A stretch of 64,000 nucleotides of DNA from the human T2T-CHM13v2.0 reference genome, Homo sapiens. Below the pieces are notes generated by a model. It saw only the letters and a list, made by a program, of their open reading frames with translations. It searched no databases and was not told the origin of the DNA. Each line of letters begins with the position of its first letter. Position 1 is the first letter of the stretch. The position numbers were made by a program, and so were the translations under genes. The DNA lies in assembly GCF_009914755.1 (NCBI RefSeq), contig NC_060934.1; one strand, 5' to 3'. This document shows positions 40,698-53,328 of the stretch, piece after piece.

Positions 40698-40791
40698 CTA
40701 TAGGGGCTGCCACCCTCTGCCCCCGGAGTCCCCACGCCGAGACTCATCATTTGCTGGCTCTTTCTTCCTTTTCTTCTTTTGTTTTTTTATC
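40698..40791 (-). CDS. VAX1: VAX1 isoform b terminal exon, coding part (IKKQKKKRKKEPANDESRRGDSGGRGWQPL*); total 186 aa
   Basis: Acceptor TTTGAAG|GATAAA after a 137-nt intron; TAG at 40700-40698. 429+38+94 = 561 nt = 186 aa plus stop, matching the short VAX1 isoform as I recall it. Confidence 0.85.
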
Positions 40792-40928
40792 CTTCAAATA
40801 TAAGACAAAAATACACCTCATTTATCATCATAGATATATATATTTCACTCTCACCACATAAATACAAAACATCCAAATATCCAAAACATTCAGAACAAAG
40901 TTAGTAGCCTGGATTCAGTGACACCTAC

Positions 40929-40966
40929 CCGCGTTTGAATCGTTCATTATTTTCTTCACTATTTGC
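40929..40966 (-). CDS. VAX1: VAX1 isoform b alternative exon 3 (ANSEENNERFKR-G)
   Basis: Poly-T tract plus CTAG|GCAAAT acceptor and CGCGG|GTAGGT donor; 38 nt, open in the phase of exon 2. Confidence 0.85.
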
Positions 40967-41799
40967 CTAGAAAAAAAAAAAAGATGAAAAAGAGGGGGAG
41001 AGTTTCCGACGTAAATAATTTACAATAAAATTACTATTTTAAAAAAGTGTTTTTCGCTTGCTTCAGATGGATGAATACATTCTAGACACTGCGGCACCTC
41101 GCAGTCTGGGTCTGTGATTTTGGTTAAAATGTGGGTGGCCGTGGCTGTAGGGACGATCGCCGCTGCGCAGGGTAAGGAAAGAGGGTGTCGCGGTTCGTGT
41201 TCTGATTTGGGACCACTGAAACCCTAAGACTGGGGAGGCGAGGGGAGTGTCTTTCCTATCAATCACACAAGACGCTATCTGGACTCCGAGACTACTGCTA
41301 GAGGAGGCCCGACCACCCAGCGGCGTCCCTGCCTCCCCTTCCGCAAAGAACTGCTCAGAAATCCAGACGTTTCCTGCGTGCAGGAAGGGTTTTGTGAATC
41401 CGGGTGTTTGGGAGAGGAGGCAATGAGTGCTGACTCGTTTTCCAAACCGAGCAATTGTGCCCGAAGCTACGCGCCTGGGAGGCCGTAGGGTGAAGCGCCG
41501 GCTGCGCAGGCTACCGCCGGCAGCCGCTTTGCTCTTTCCTGGAGGAGTGGGAAGCTGTCGGCCACCGCCCCGAACAGGCTCGGAGAAAAGATTCTGAATT
41601 TCCTTTGATTAGCGGCGTTACCTTTTCCTTTGCTTTTCCCCCATTAAATTCCTGTTTAAAGTTACAACACCCAGAACCTTAATTTTGCATTGCCCTGTGG
41701 GGCATTCTGTATCCTGAATTTTCTTACACCTTCCAAATTTCATCATTGGAAGTATTTAAAAACTGGTTCCACTTCATCTGGTTTTACGTAGCAATTGCT

Positions 41800-41805
41800 T
41801 TTATT
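41800..41805 (-). terminator. VAX1: Candidate polyadenylation signal AATAAA for VAX1 isoform a
   Basis: tttatt on the + strand about 0.7 kb past the isoform a stop codon, in an AT-rich patch. Confidence 0.6.
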
Positions 41806-42496
41806 GCTGATTAGATCAAATTTATCAGTGTCGTTGCCTACTACGACGTTTGTTACTGTTTCCTGGGGTCGGGGGTGGTTGTGATTGGAGTTGCCCTAAA
41901 GGGGAGAAAAACCGCAGGATTTGCCCGCCAGGAAGCTGTGTTGTGTACCGACTATCCCGAGAGGTCCGCAAAGCGGGGCCCAGGGGCTCCCACAAGCCCT
42001 GGTTTCCCTGGCAAGAGGAAGGAACGTCCTCCTTTTTTGGTCTAAAGAAACCTGGAAGCCCCTGGGGTCTGCGCGCAGTTTTCCTCTTTCAAATATTCCT
42101 AGGAATAGTCGGCAGCGGCAGCAGCCGCAGCAGCCGCGGATCTAGAGCAAACGTCCTGTGCTTTGGAGTTAGAACCAGTCTTTTCCCTCCTGGGCTGGGC
42201 ACGGGGTCGGGGCATCAGGTTGACTAACTCGGGCATTTTTCCCAATTCTTTGGATCGCTCCTGGATTCAGAAGGAAGTTGGGGGTTGGGGAGGAATCTCA
42301 GAGGAAAGGTAGTAGAAAAAAAAAATAGCCCGAATGAGATGAAATTGGTAGCAGAGTCTAGTGGGAAAGGAGAGCTGTCAGAGGCCTGGTGGGAGCCAGG
42401 AGCCCAGCGCAGGAGCTCTGGGCACCTAATGCGCGTGAGTCCATAAATATCACCACAATAGATACTATAAATATAAATACAGGGAAACACTTAAAA

Positions 42497-43072
42497 TCAG
42501 TCCAGCGCTTTTTTCTCGGCCCCTTCTTTATTGTTGGTCCGGGAGTAAGGCTCGAAGGCCGAGGAGCTCAGATATCGGGCGGAGAGTTCTTGCAAATTCC
42601 CAGCTAGCGAACCAGCCATTGTTAACGGGGCGGAGGACAGGCGGCTGGCGACGGAGCCGAGCAGCGAGGGCACCGGCAGGCTGAAGAGGCTGTGGCCCGC
42701 GGCCGGGGCGCCTGCGTGCAATCCCCCCGGCCCGGCGGGCCCGGGACCTGGAGCACCGCCCACAGCCGGCGGGTGCGGGGATGCAGCGCCCGCTGGGCCC
42801 GGGGCGGCGGCGGCGGCTGCGGCGGCCGAGCCTGCAGCGGCGCCCGCGCCCAGGGCCGGCAAGCTGGGCCCGCGCAGCGCTGAGCCGAGAGCGCCCGTGG
42901 CGCAAGGCGGCAGCAGCGCAGGCAGGCCGGGCGGCGACAACAGGCGGCCCTGCTCCAGCAGCCGTAGCACGCTGCACGTGGCCGCGGTCTCCGACACCAC
43001 CGAGCGTAGCTCCGAGTCCTTGCCCTGGTCCTTCTTCTGCTTGGTGCGCCGGTTCTGGAACCAGACCTTCAC
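42497..43072 (-). CDS. VAX1: VAX1 coding exon 3 of isoform a (helix 3 [11 protein letters not shown], Ala/Gly/Pro-rich region, C-terminal [10 protein letters not shown]); total 334 aa
   Basis: Acceptor GCGCAG|GTGAAG; 576 nt to TGA at 42499-42497, in frame with exon 2. The intron falls between homeodomain positions 44 and 45. Confidence 0.97.
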
Positions 43073-43600
43073 CTGCGCGCCGGGGTGCGGGGAGAGTTGG
43101 AGAGAGGGGCAGGGAAGACCAGCGTCAAAGGAAGCGAGCTCCCGGGGCGCGCGGCTCCGGGGCTCTCCCCAAGTCCCAGCCCTATCCGCAGCCCCACCCA
43201 GCAGCCGGAGGGGTCCGGGCCGGGGCGCTGCTGGGGGAGCTGGCGCCGCCACGAGGGGGACACAGCTGCTCCACCGGGCTGCGCTTCCGGGTCAGGGAAG
43301 CAGGCCCAGGCAGGCGCCGCTTACACAGAACAAAGTAATAAAATGCCCACGGCAGGAACTCGAAGGAAGACCGGAAAGGGTTTCACTGGCTTCCGCGCTA
43401 CCCCGCAGCGGTGTTTGGGGCTCACAGATGTGTGAATCAGTGCAGTCCCAAAGCCGGAATTTCCGGTGGAGGGTGTGAGGCCCTAGGGTGCGGGTGCGGT
43501 GAAGGAAGAGGGAAGAAGGAAGAGGGAAGTGGGAAGAGAGGCGGGGAGGGAGTATTGCCCAGCCTTTCTGGACCCAGGCCCCTGGCCCAATGCGCTCGGA
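42520..43600. promoter_or_regulatory. CpG island over VAX1 exon 3
   Basis: Dense CpG in the coding exon and the 3' end of intron 2. Confidence 0.85.
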
Positions 43601-44960
43601 TTTAGTCCTAGAAGCACTACTCCTGGTGAAGGCTACAAAGGACCATTTCCTGCTTAAGACGTGACCATTAGCTAGCAGCAAGCAGGGAAAGTGGCTGCAG
43701 GAGAATAATATGTGCGGGAGACTTTATGTAGACCGAGATTTCTGCACCTCTTCTCACCAGATAGCTGCATTGAAGGGTCTGGTGATACTCTTAGTTTATC
43801 TCTCCACTGGTCTGAGTCATGAACTTGGAATCATGGGAGAAAGTCAGGAGGCTGAGGTGGATTGAATATTCCCCACTAACCTCCCCTCTCATTCTTCTGC
43901 CCCTCTGCAGGCCTAGCAGTGGCCCAGAAGAGTTTTGCAGCAATAGGCAAAGACTATCCTATCTAGATTTTATAAACTAAGAGGAGTAGTAGCAGAGAGA
44001 ATAGAAAAAGCTACCATACCAACTCAAACTCAAAAAGAACACCCCTATCTGTTCTGTCAGTCCTCAGCTTTCAGCCCAGATCCCGGACCTAAAATGCTCT
44101 CCACCTGCTTCAGGGTTGGGCATGGGGAAAAGGATCAGTCTTCAGAAAGAAGGCTGCCGTAGCTAGGCCAAGCTGGTGACATGCCACTTGGCAAGTTCTT
44201 GGGTCCTCTCCTGGGCCCAGAGCCCACATGGCCAGCTCCAAGGGGCATCATATGGATTTAATGTAAAGGGAAAGATCTAAAGCACAATCAGCAGTACTGG
44301 CTTCTGGGTCCTAGATCTCCTTCCCATCACACACCTCACACATCACTGGCCCAGAAGACAGGGTCTCCTAGGTGCTCAGGGCTGGGGCCAGCTCAGAATG
44401 GGGAAAGCCTTCCTTTAAGGGTCAGGGCAGCCTGATCTGCACAGGCAGATCTCCAGGAGGGCGTACACCTAATTCCTGGGAATCACCCATGGTGCTGGGG
44501 CAGGGGGTGTTAGATCTAGCCTCACTCCTGTAGAATGGGCCTGGACGCTGAGTACAGCTGGGTGGGCCCACAAGGGGTGGGGCCTAGAAATCTAGCCAAA
44601 ATGGGGTACCCCAAACAAGGGCAAAAGTCAGTTCTTTGTAGAGCAGAAGCTCGAAGGAAATGCTCAAAACCGGGGGACAATAAAAATTCCAAAAGGACAG
44701 GATTTGGGGCCTTCTGGGCCTAGGCCAAGGTGGATAAAACATGGGCCCTGGAGGATTTGGGGATGGCAGGAATGGTGGGGGGAAAGGATGTATTATCTAG
44801 GGGAAGGAATCCTTAGGCCTGTCTTACCCATCCTTCCCATCTCCTCCACCTCCCAAGGGTAGTTCTGTCCAGAGCAGGTTAGGAGGTGAAGAGCAGGCTA
44901 GGTAGGGGTGGTGGGGAGGAAGGCTGGTGCAGAACTGTGTGCGGCCTGGTCGCCGGGTAC

Positions 44961-45148
44961 CTGGGTCTCGGAGAGGTTAAGCTGCCGGGCGAGCTCGGTC
45001 CTCTCGCGGCCCACCACGTACTGGCAGCGCTGGAACTCCATCTCCAGCCGATAGAGCTGCTCCGCGGTGAAGGACGTGCGCGTCCTCTTAGGCCGGTCCA
45101 AGTCCAGGCCCTTGGGCAGGATGATCTCTCGGATGGACCCCTTGGCAT
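44961..45148 (-). CDS. VAX1: VAX1 coding exon 2 (homeodomain N-arm and helices 1-2)
   Basis: Acceptor CCCCAG|ATGCC and donor CCCAG|GTACCC. Encodes (D)[62 protein letters not shown]; 188 nt, and 241+188 = 429 nt = 143 codons. Confidence 0.97.
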
Positions 45149-46304
45149 CTGGGGAAGGGGAGATGTCAGCCGCCAGAACCCTCCCGTCCCCCTCCACCTC
45201 CTTGGCCCGAGCTGGATTTGGGGACACAGTCCCCAGAAGCGTGCAGTTTTGGGGATGGGGGGCGGGGTGCGGAGCGCGACCACAACCAGGTAGCAAAGAC
45301 ACTGTGTGGAGGGCAAGGGGCCTAACTCCATACCGCTGACCGAAGGAGGGACCACACTTTGTCTTTTTGTAGAGTCCTCCAGACAGGGGAGAGAAAAAAA
45401 TCCAATCAATTCCACATAGGCGGACGTTTCTTCCGGCCTGGGGGGGCCTCGGCTGAGCCTTCCGGGTCCCCTGTAGCCTGAGGGTACCCTTGTCGCCCCG
45501 CCCGGGTCCTGCGGGCCCCAGCTCTGGGCTTGCCGACCAGACCGTGATCCAGACGTCCCCACCCCCACCCTCGAGTCTCCTTCCCTCCGGAGTCCGCGCG
45601 GCGGAAGGAGGAGGGACTGAGTCGGGGCCGGCCGGGCCCGGAGATCTGCTGCTGGCTGGGGCGGCGCCGGGCCGGGGCCCGGCCTCGCAGCCTCCGCCGC
45701 CGGGGCTAAGTGCACGCCGCGCCATCCGAGAGCGGCAGAGCAGAGCACCAAAGCGGCAACCGCGGCTCCGTAACCAAGCCCAGCTGCCTCTCCCGGCGGC
45801 AGCGGTCGGGCACCGATCGCGGCCGTGGGGTCCTCGGCCCAGTGCACTAACTGGCAGGGCCGTAGCCCGCGATCGGCAGCTGTTCTCCGGGGCTCGCGTT
45901 CCCCCTTGGGTGCGCTCAGCCCTCCAGAGCGCGGGAGTCCCCTGGCCGGCTCCCGGCAGGTCGTCCGGCCCTTGGAGCGCGCACACCTCCTCCCGGAGTT
46001 TTCTGCTCCTTTCCCGGGTCGGAGGCCGCAGCCCGATGCCCGGCCGCACCCGCGCAGCCCCTCATCTCCCCCCGCAGCCCGGTCAGCGGGGCCCCTCCGG
46101 GCGTGGAGGGCCGAGGCCCCTGGAGAGCGCACCGGAGAGTCCCAGGCGCTTGTCCCCAGCCGGACTCGGGGCGGGGAGGGCCAACAACTTTCTCCCAAGT
46201 CCCAGCCGGCACTCCTTCCCACCGGCCTGTGTCGGCGGCAGCGCGCAGCTCCGGCCCCGGAGTCGACCCCAAAGAACGCGCCTGGCAGCCCTGCCCATCC
46301 CTAC

Positions 46305-46545
46305 CTCGGACCAGGATCCGGCGGCAGTAATCCGGGTCCGCTGCGGAATTGGATTTACTTTTGTTACAATCCTCAGCAGCGCCCGACGCTGAGAAGGCGC
46401 CCTGCGGCTCCTTGAGGAAGGCGGCTGGGAGGTTCCCCTCCGCGCCCTTGCTCTCCCGACTCTCCTTGTGCGCGTTCTTCGAGACCCGGGCAGCCTCGGC
46501 GTCCGAGTGGCATCGAACGTCCATTTTGTCTGGTTTCCCGAACAT
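46305..46545 (-). CDS. VAX1: VAX1 coding exon 1 (aa 1-80 plus 1 nt)
   Basis: ATG at 46545-46543 gives [33 protein letters not shown]...DYCRRILVR, the recognisable VAX1 N-terminus. Donor CGAG|GTAGGG follows; 241 nt. Confidence 0.97.
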
Positions 46546-47969
46546 AGGCAAGAACAACAACAAAAACAGAAAGGAAAAAAAAAGCAAAAAAAAAAAAAGG
46601 GGGGGGGGGAGAAGGAAAAAAAAAAGAGGAAAAAGGGGACAAAACCCCCGACAACGCGGCCCGTACGCCCGGCCCGGCGACAGGCAAGGGGCAAGAATGA
46701 ATGTCCCCGCGGGGAGGCTTCGGCGGCCGCGCGCGGGTCAGCGGCGACGGGAGAGTGGCGCGCTCGCCGAGAGGCGGCCAGTCTGGTCCAGGATCCTGGT
46801 GGAGCTGCGGCGAGGCCGCCTCGTCAGCACCCGCGTCCTCTGAGCACGTCCAGTGTCCCCAGCCTGGCGATCAGGTAGCGAACAGCGCAACTCCGAAATG
46901 CTGCGGCTCCCGCCTGTTTCTGAGACGGCGAGTTGTAGTTGTCCGACACCCGGGGGGACGCACACTCGCTGTTGCAATTGATTACGGGTAATTTCGCAGC
47001 CCCCACGTTTCGGTTACCTCATGAATACACTAAATTGTTTGGATAATATATCAGATCGTAATGGATGGTTTCTGTCCTTGTCCCCAATCAAGTAGGGGTT
47101 TAGCCAGTGAATAAACGGAAATGATTGGTCTTGCTTTCAGGAAACACACAATCAAAGACCCACACTTCCAGAAAAACTTTTGACAAGATTCATCCTGAAT
47201 TGTTAGTACCATTAGCAGGCATTATTAACTTTCCTTTTGCCTTTGACCCTCCTGCTCACATACTGGCTAGAGGGGTTTTCTCCACACTCGCCAGATAGAG
47301 CTGAATGAGGGTTGGGCGGCGGGGGGGTGTGGGGGGAGAAAAAAAAAAACCCTGCGCACCCTGCGGCAGAAGAAAGCAGTTGTCTGGGAGTGGGGGATGG
47401 GGGACAGAGCGGGGGGAGAAAGTTTTCCCAAAAAGTATCTCCCTTGCACTCTAAAAAAGCCAAGATTTTCCCCTAAACAACTCCTTCTTAACACACCTCG
47501 ACGCAGACAGCCATCTTAAACTGCCACCTCTCTTCATTTAGTTCCAGTTGGATTTTTTCATGCCTGCACCTCCAGCAGCCCTGAGGCAGCCCATTCAAAG
47601 GGCAGCTTTGTACTCAGAGTCCAGCAGGAGAGAGAGGGGGAGAGGGAGAGACGGCCGAGAAATCTCAACTGTGAGATCTGCTTCAAAAAAAAAAAAAAAA
47701 AAAGTTTTCCCCTAGCTATTTCATTGTCTCTGCTACAATATCTTTGAGAAAAGCAACAGCCAGTAATCCAATAAGAGCATTGATTAGGCTACAATGATTC
47801 AATTCAAGCGCATGGCCTTGTGCAAGGAGCATGCTCCAGCCCTTCTCGTCACCTTGCCGGGGCAGAAGCCCTCTCCACGCCGCTCTCCCCATTCATTCCT
47901 TTATGGGAAATGCGGAGCAAAAGGAGTGAAAGATGGCAATTATCTAATTGGACTATTAACAAACAGTCC

Positions 47970-49490
47970 TCTGAGTGCGGCGGTCTGGCGTGGCTCCTGG
48001 GCGGGGGAAGGGCCGTGTTCCCTGCCCTCATTCACAAAGAGTGCAGGGGCCGGGGAGGAAAGGGGTTTTTTAAAGGGGGTGGGTGGGGGGAGAGGAGAGG
48101 TGGGAGGTTTGGCTGAGAATTTTTCCACACAATTCCAAGAATGGGGCGGAGGCGGGGGGAGGGGAGGGGGTTGGGGAGGGGGTCGCGGCGAGCGGGTGGG
48201 AGGAAGGCCGGGAGGGGGAGGGGTGCGAGTGTGTGTGGCGGGCCCCTAGGGGCTCCAGCTCGCAGCGACGCGCGCACCGTCCGCACCTCCCGCCCCGCCG
48301 CCACCTCCCCTGCCTCCGCCGCCACCCCGCGGGACCCCTCTACCGTCCCAAGCCAGGAGGGGGCCCCCTGAGCGGGGTCTTTCGCGCTGTCCACCCAGCC
48401 ACCCCTCCAGCCACTTAGGGGCACCCAGGTTTGGCCCAGCTCCGGAGGGCATCTCTGGCCCTGCAGGCCGACATCAGGCTTCCACTTTAGTTGACTGGGC
48501 GGAGCGGTGGAACTGTCCCGAGCTACTCTCCGCAGGGCGGCGGGTTTCCAGGGTCCCCAGCGGGCTGATCGCCCCTCAGCCCGGCTTCGCTGCGCACGCT
48601 GCCCTCGAAGTCCGACGCCGACTGGGCGCCCGGGGAAAGTGCCTTTGATTACGAGCTCTGCTCCGGCGGGTTGGTGAGGCGGGTGGGAGCAGAGACGGGT
48701 AAGAGGGGTAAGGGACTTTGCGGCCACCCTGTTCTGAAGATGTAGAGTGGGATTGTGTTAAAATCCGGCGAACTCTCCTGTTACCTCCCGCAACGCTCAA
48801 AAGCCCAGACTGGCGCCTTGAGGCACCGAGGGCTTTGCTCCCATGCGGCCAAGCCGTCGGGGGTGCAGCCGCCGGGTCTTGACTCCCACTACCGCGTCGC
48901 GGGTGCGGGTCCCTGGGATTCGGGTCCTCCTGATGGGGGTCCCTGCAGCAGATGGGGCATTCACTTCCCTGCAGAGCTCGGCCCGAGGGAGCTCCTGGGC
49001 CTCCTTGGGCAGGGAGGGGTGCGACCGAATTCCCTGGCACACCGGCCCTTCCTTGCCCCCTACCCTGGAGGGGTTGGAGGGGTCGGACCCTCGAACTACG
49101 CGAGATCGGGTGCGCAGGAGGATTCTAGGCCTTCCTCAGCCCTTTAGGAGCCCTGCAGGCGGCGGAAGTCCCAAACCGCAGCCTTGGCCCAAATGGGACC
49201 CAGATGGCTCTGGGTCCCCGGCCCGGCCGCACCCCTCTGTACGGCCTCCTTCTGTCGGTGAAGGCCGCAGCGGCCTGGGAAACCCATGCGGACACCTGCG
49301 GCGCCCGGTCAAAGACCTGGAAGAAAGCTTTTTAAAAAATAAAAATGGCCCAACCCATTACATTTTCTTTTAGGTAGATGGGGGAGCTGGGGGGCGGGGC
49401 GGGGGCAGTCAGGGAACAAACAGCTGCCCTTAGAAATGACACGCCCTGTGGGCAATGGCGGCGCTGGGACGTCTGCAGCCGCATTCACTG
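47970..49490. promoter_or_regulatory. Upstream CpG island of VAX1
   Basis: CpG-dense and repeat-free, with GC boxes (GGGGCGGGG near 49391-49400) and G-runs at 48060-48224. Confidence 0.85.
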
Positions 49491-49592
49491 CCACAGAGAA
49501 CAGCCAAAGTATGGCCAAATCCCAAATGCAAATTTTAAGTTTGGCCTCGGAAATTTCTGCCCTCCCTCATCTTGTGGCATATTTTGTTGTAA

Positions 49593-50084
<492 letters not shown>

Positions 50085-50812
50085 GGGAATTATTTATGAA
50101 GCAGTCACTTACTGGATGCATAAACTCACTTAATCTGAACTCCTCCTTCAGAGATGTAGTAATATTCCGGTTTTATAGGTGAAAGAATGGAGACTCAGAG
50201 AGACGTTCAGTAACTTGCCCAAGTCACACAGACTGGTATGAGCAGAATTTGAATTGACTTCTGCCTGACTTCAAAGCTATTTATGCTCTTCTTTGCCACA
50301 CCCCACAAGACTGCCCCATTTTTAGTTCCAAACCCATACTTGCTTTGAATTTTCCAAATCTTCAGGTGATCATGTGTGTATCAAAAAGACACAGAGCAAT
50401 GACTTTAATGTTAATGCGAGGAATCCTTATTATTAGACATCAATTTTCACAAATTTTATCTAAACAACAGTAAGTAGAAATGGAATCATGAAATTCTTGT
50501 TTCTGATGATGCTATTTATTTCTGGCCATGAGCATTTATTAGGAGTTTATCACTCATCTACTAGCTGATTGGGGGTGAGTAAAAAATCATTTCCTGGGTT
50601 TCAAACTTACAGAATGACCATCTGAGAGCAGTGTCCAGGAATTTGCATTTCTAGCTGGCTCACCAAAGGATCTTTCACAAATTGAGTTAGATAACTTCAC
50701 CTTTTAAACTTTGGTGACTCTGCTAAGCTTCCTGCGGGCAGGGACTTCCATCCCTCCCTCCTTACTGGACATGCAAATGCTTATTGAGGAAAGGCATAAA
50801 ATGGGATATTCT

Positions 50813-51184
<372 letters not shown>

Positions 51185-53328
51185 TTAAGCAGACATTTAC
51201 CAAGAGTTTGGAGGTGCCAGGACCCAGGTAGCCCCTAAGGCATACAGGGCCTCATCTCTGCATCATCATAGACAAAGCCAGTAATTAAGAGAACTCACTG
51301 GCTTTAGGTTAGTCATGGCTTCAGGTTGGCAGCACAAATGAAATAACCAAATTAAAAAAGAAAGTCAACTCTTAACTTGGTTTTGCTTTTTGTTATACAT
51401 GGTACTTTTTTCTTTTTTTCTACTCCCTTTCTTCCTTCCTTCCTTTCTTTTTCATTTCTTTTTTCTTTCTTTCTTTCTGTGTGTGTGCGTGTGTGTGTGT
51501 GTCTGGATTAAAATTCTGTGGGCATCCATCCAGAAAAACCATGACAGGTTTCTGAGAGGACACAGTGGAGGACGGAAGCCCTGGGATGGAAATTTCAGAA
51601 AAGCAGCTGCTAGTCCCAGAAAAAAACTAAAGCTGTGTGCTCACTGGCAAAGAAAGAAGAGAACTCAGTCAATTATTTGGATAATCTGAGACAAGCCTGT
51701 ACTGCACAACACACACAAGGACACAAGGCTGCACCAGGTGAAAGTGTTTTATTCTCTTGACTAAATTTGCCGCCCTCCCCAGTGCCCTTCCTGCCCCCAC
51801 ATCACTGTCTGCAGGTGCAGACAGACCCAGAATAGAACTGTAGCACTGGAAGGATTTTTAGAGATCATCTATTCCATAACCTTCATTTGACTTGACAGAT
51901 GAGAAAAATGAGCCCAGAAAGACAAAGCAACTTGTTAAGGATTAGACAACTAGTTAGTGGGGGCCTCTGTGCTACATTCCTGGTCTCCTGACTCAAAGCT
52001 ACATTCCCACCTCCACCCAGGCTTCTTGAAACCCGAACAAGATGCACTGTCTGGGGTTGGGTGAAATGATGCCATCAAAATGAGCTAAATCACAATCTGA
52101 GCTTTGGGGATGCTTTTCATATTCCCTGCCCCCGCCTACTTGCTTCCAGTCACAGAAAGCAGGATCCGAGGTGGCACAGAGTGCTTTCCTTTTCCATCTT
52201 CACTTTTTATTTCAGAAAGAAGTAGGAGGGGACAACTTGCAGGCAGAAAAAAAATCTGAGATTATCCTAGATTATGAGCGGTTTAGGGACAGCATAACTT
52301 AATGTCTGAGACACCATTTTAAGAAGGACTGCATCAGAAGAGATGATACAATCAGAAATTAAGTTTCTGTAACAATGAATCAGGGTACCTGATAACAATA
52401 ATTAATTAAAGGGAAGAACACTTAGCATTTATACAGAGACTTTCATCTCTAATCAAAGTTGCCAGTGGTGATGAATTCAATCTCATTGAATTATCACTAT
52501 TCCCATTTCACAGAAAATAGTCGGGATATTGGGGAAGCACTTGAAATAAGAACCAATGTTGACTATCCAAAGTGGAAAATGCAGCCATATATCCAGATAT
52601 TTCTTACCAATTATAGCTAGAGTATTAGCCAATGTGTAGACAGCTAAATTCTGAATTATTCTGTCTACAAGTCAAGCAAAAAATCCCATTGGCCTCCATT
52701 TCTCAACTTAGCATTTTGTACCAAGAAACTATTTCATCGATTACATATACATTTTGTACTTGGAAACATCATACAATTTTAGAGTTAAAAGGAAGCCCAT
52801 TAATTCTATAGGCTCACTTATTCAACAAATCATACAAACATGGGTTTTGGAGTTAGTCAGGATTCCTGATTTATAGATCCATACCCCAGGTCCCTTACCT
52901 GTTAGGCATGTGGCTTTAGCAGGTCAGTTTCCTTCCCTGTGCCTCATTAGTCTATCTGCAGAATAAGGTTAGCTTTGATACTGTAGGGTTGTTATGTAAC
53001 AAAAGTGCTTAAAACAGTGCTCGACACACAGTGAACACTGTCAATAAATATTTGCTATTAGAGTCTTTATTTGAGCATCTCTTATGGAGCCATAGAACCC
53101 GGGTGCATTGTGTTAAATAGAACCAGAGATACCAAGAAGGAACTAAGAGTCAACCAAGGTAACTGATTGGTCCAGGTACTCCATGGCAAAGCTTGATTGG
53201 CTTCATACTTATTCAATACTGTAAAACAGTAATGAACAGCTTGTGCTTATTAAGGACTTACTGACTAGCATTATCTCATTTACTTCTCATAACAGCACTT
53301 TGAGAAAAGAAGAATTATGTATACCCAT

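Larger units (their letters stand above)
39940..41620. promoter_or_regulatory. CpG-rich patches 3' of VAX1 isoform a
   Basis: CpG-rich blocks at about 39940-40250, 40570-40740 and 41090-41620; ETS motif CCGGAAGTG at 40176-40184. Confidence 0.65.
44900..47000. promoter_or_regulatory. CpG island covering the VAX1 promoter, exon 1, intron 1 and exon 2
   Basis: Very high GC and CpG density with no interspersed repeats. Confidence 0.9.

Noticed and set aside
44879-46222. Long ORFs (447, 383 and 300 aa) across VAX1 intron 1 and exon 2
   Set aside because: Stop-poor GC-rich CpG-island frames with low-complexity Arg/Pro/Gly content. Only the exon 2 portion of the 383-aa ORF is real.
48384-48400. 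REST/NRSE-like GCGCTGTCC
   Set aside because: Only one half-site is present; the partner GGTGCTGA half is absent.
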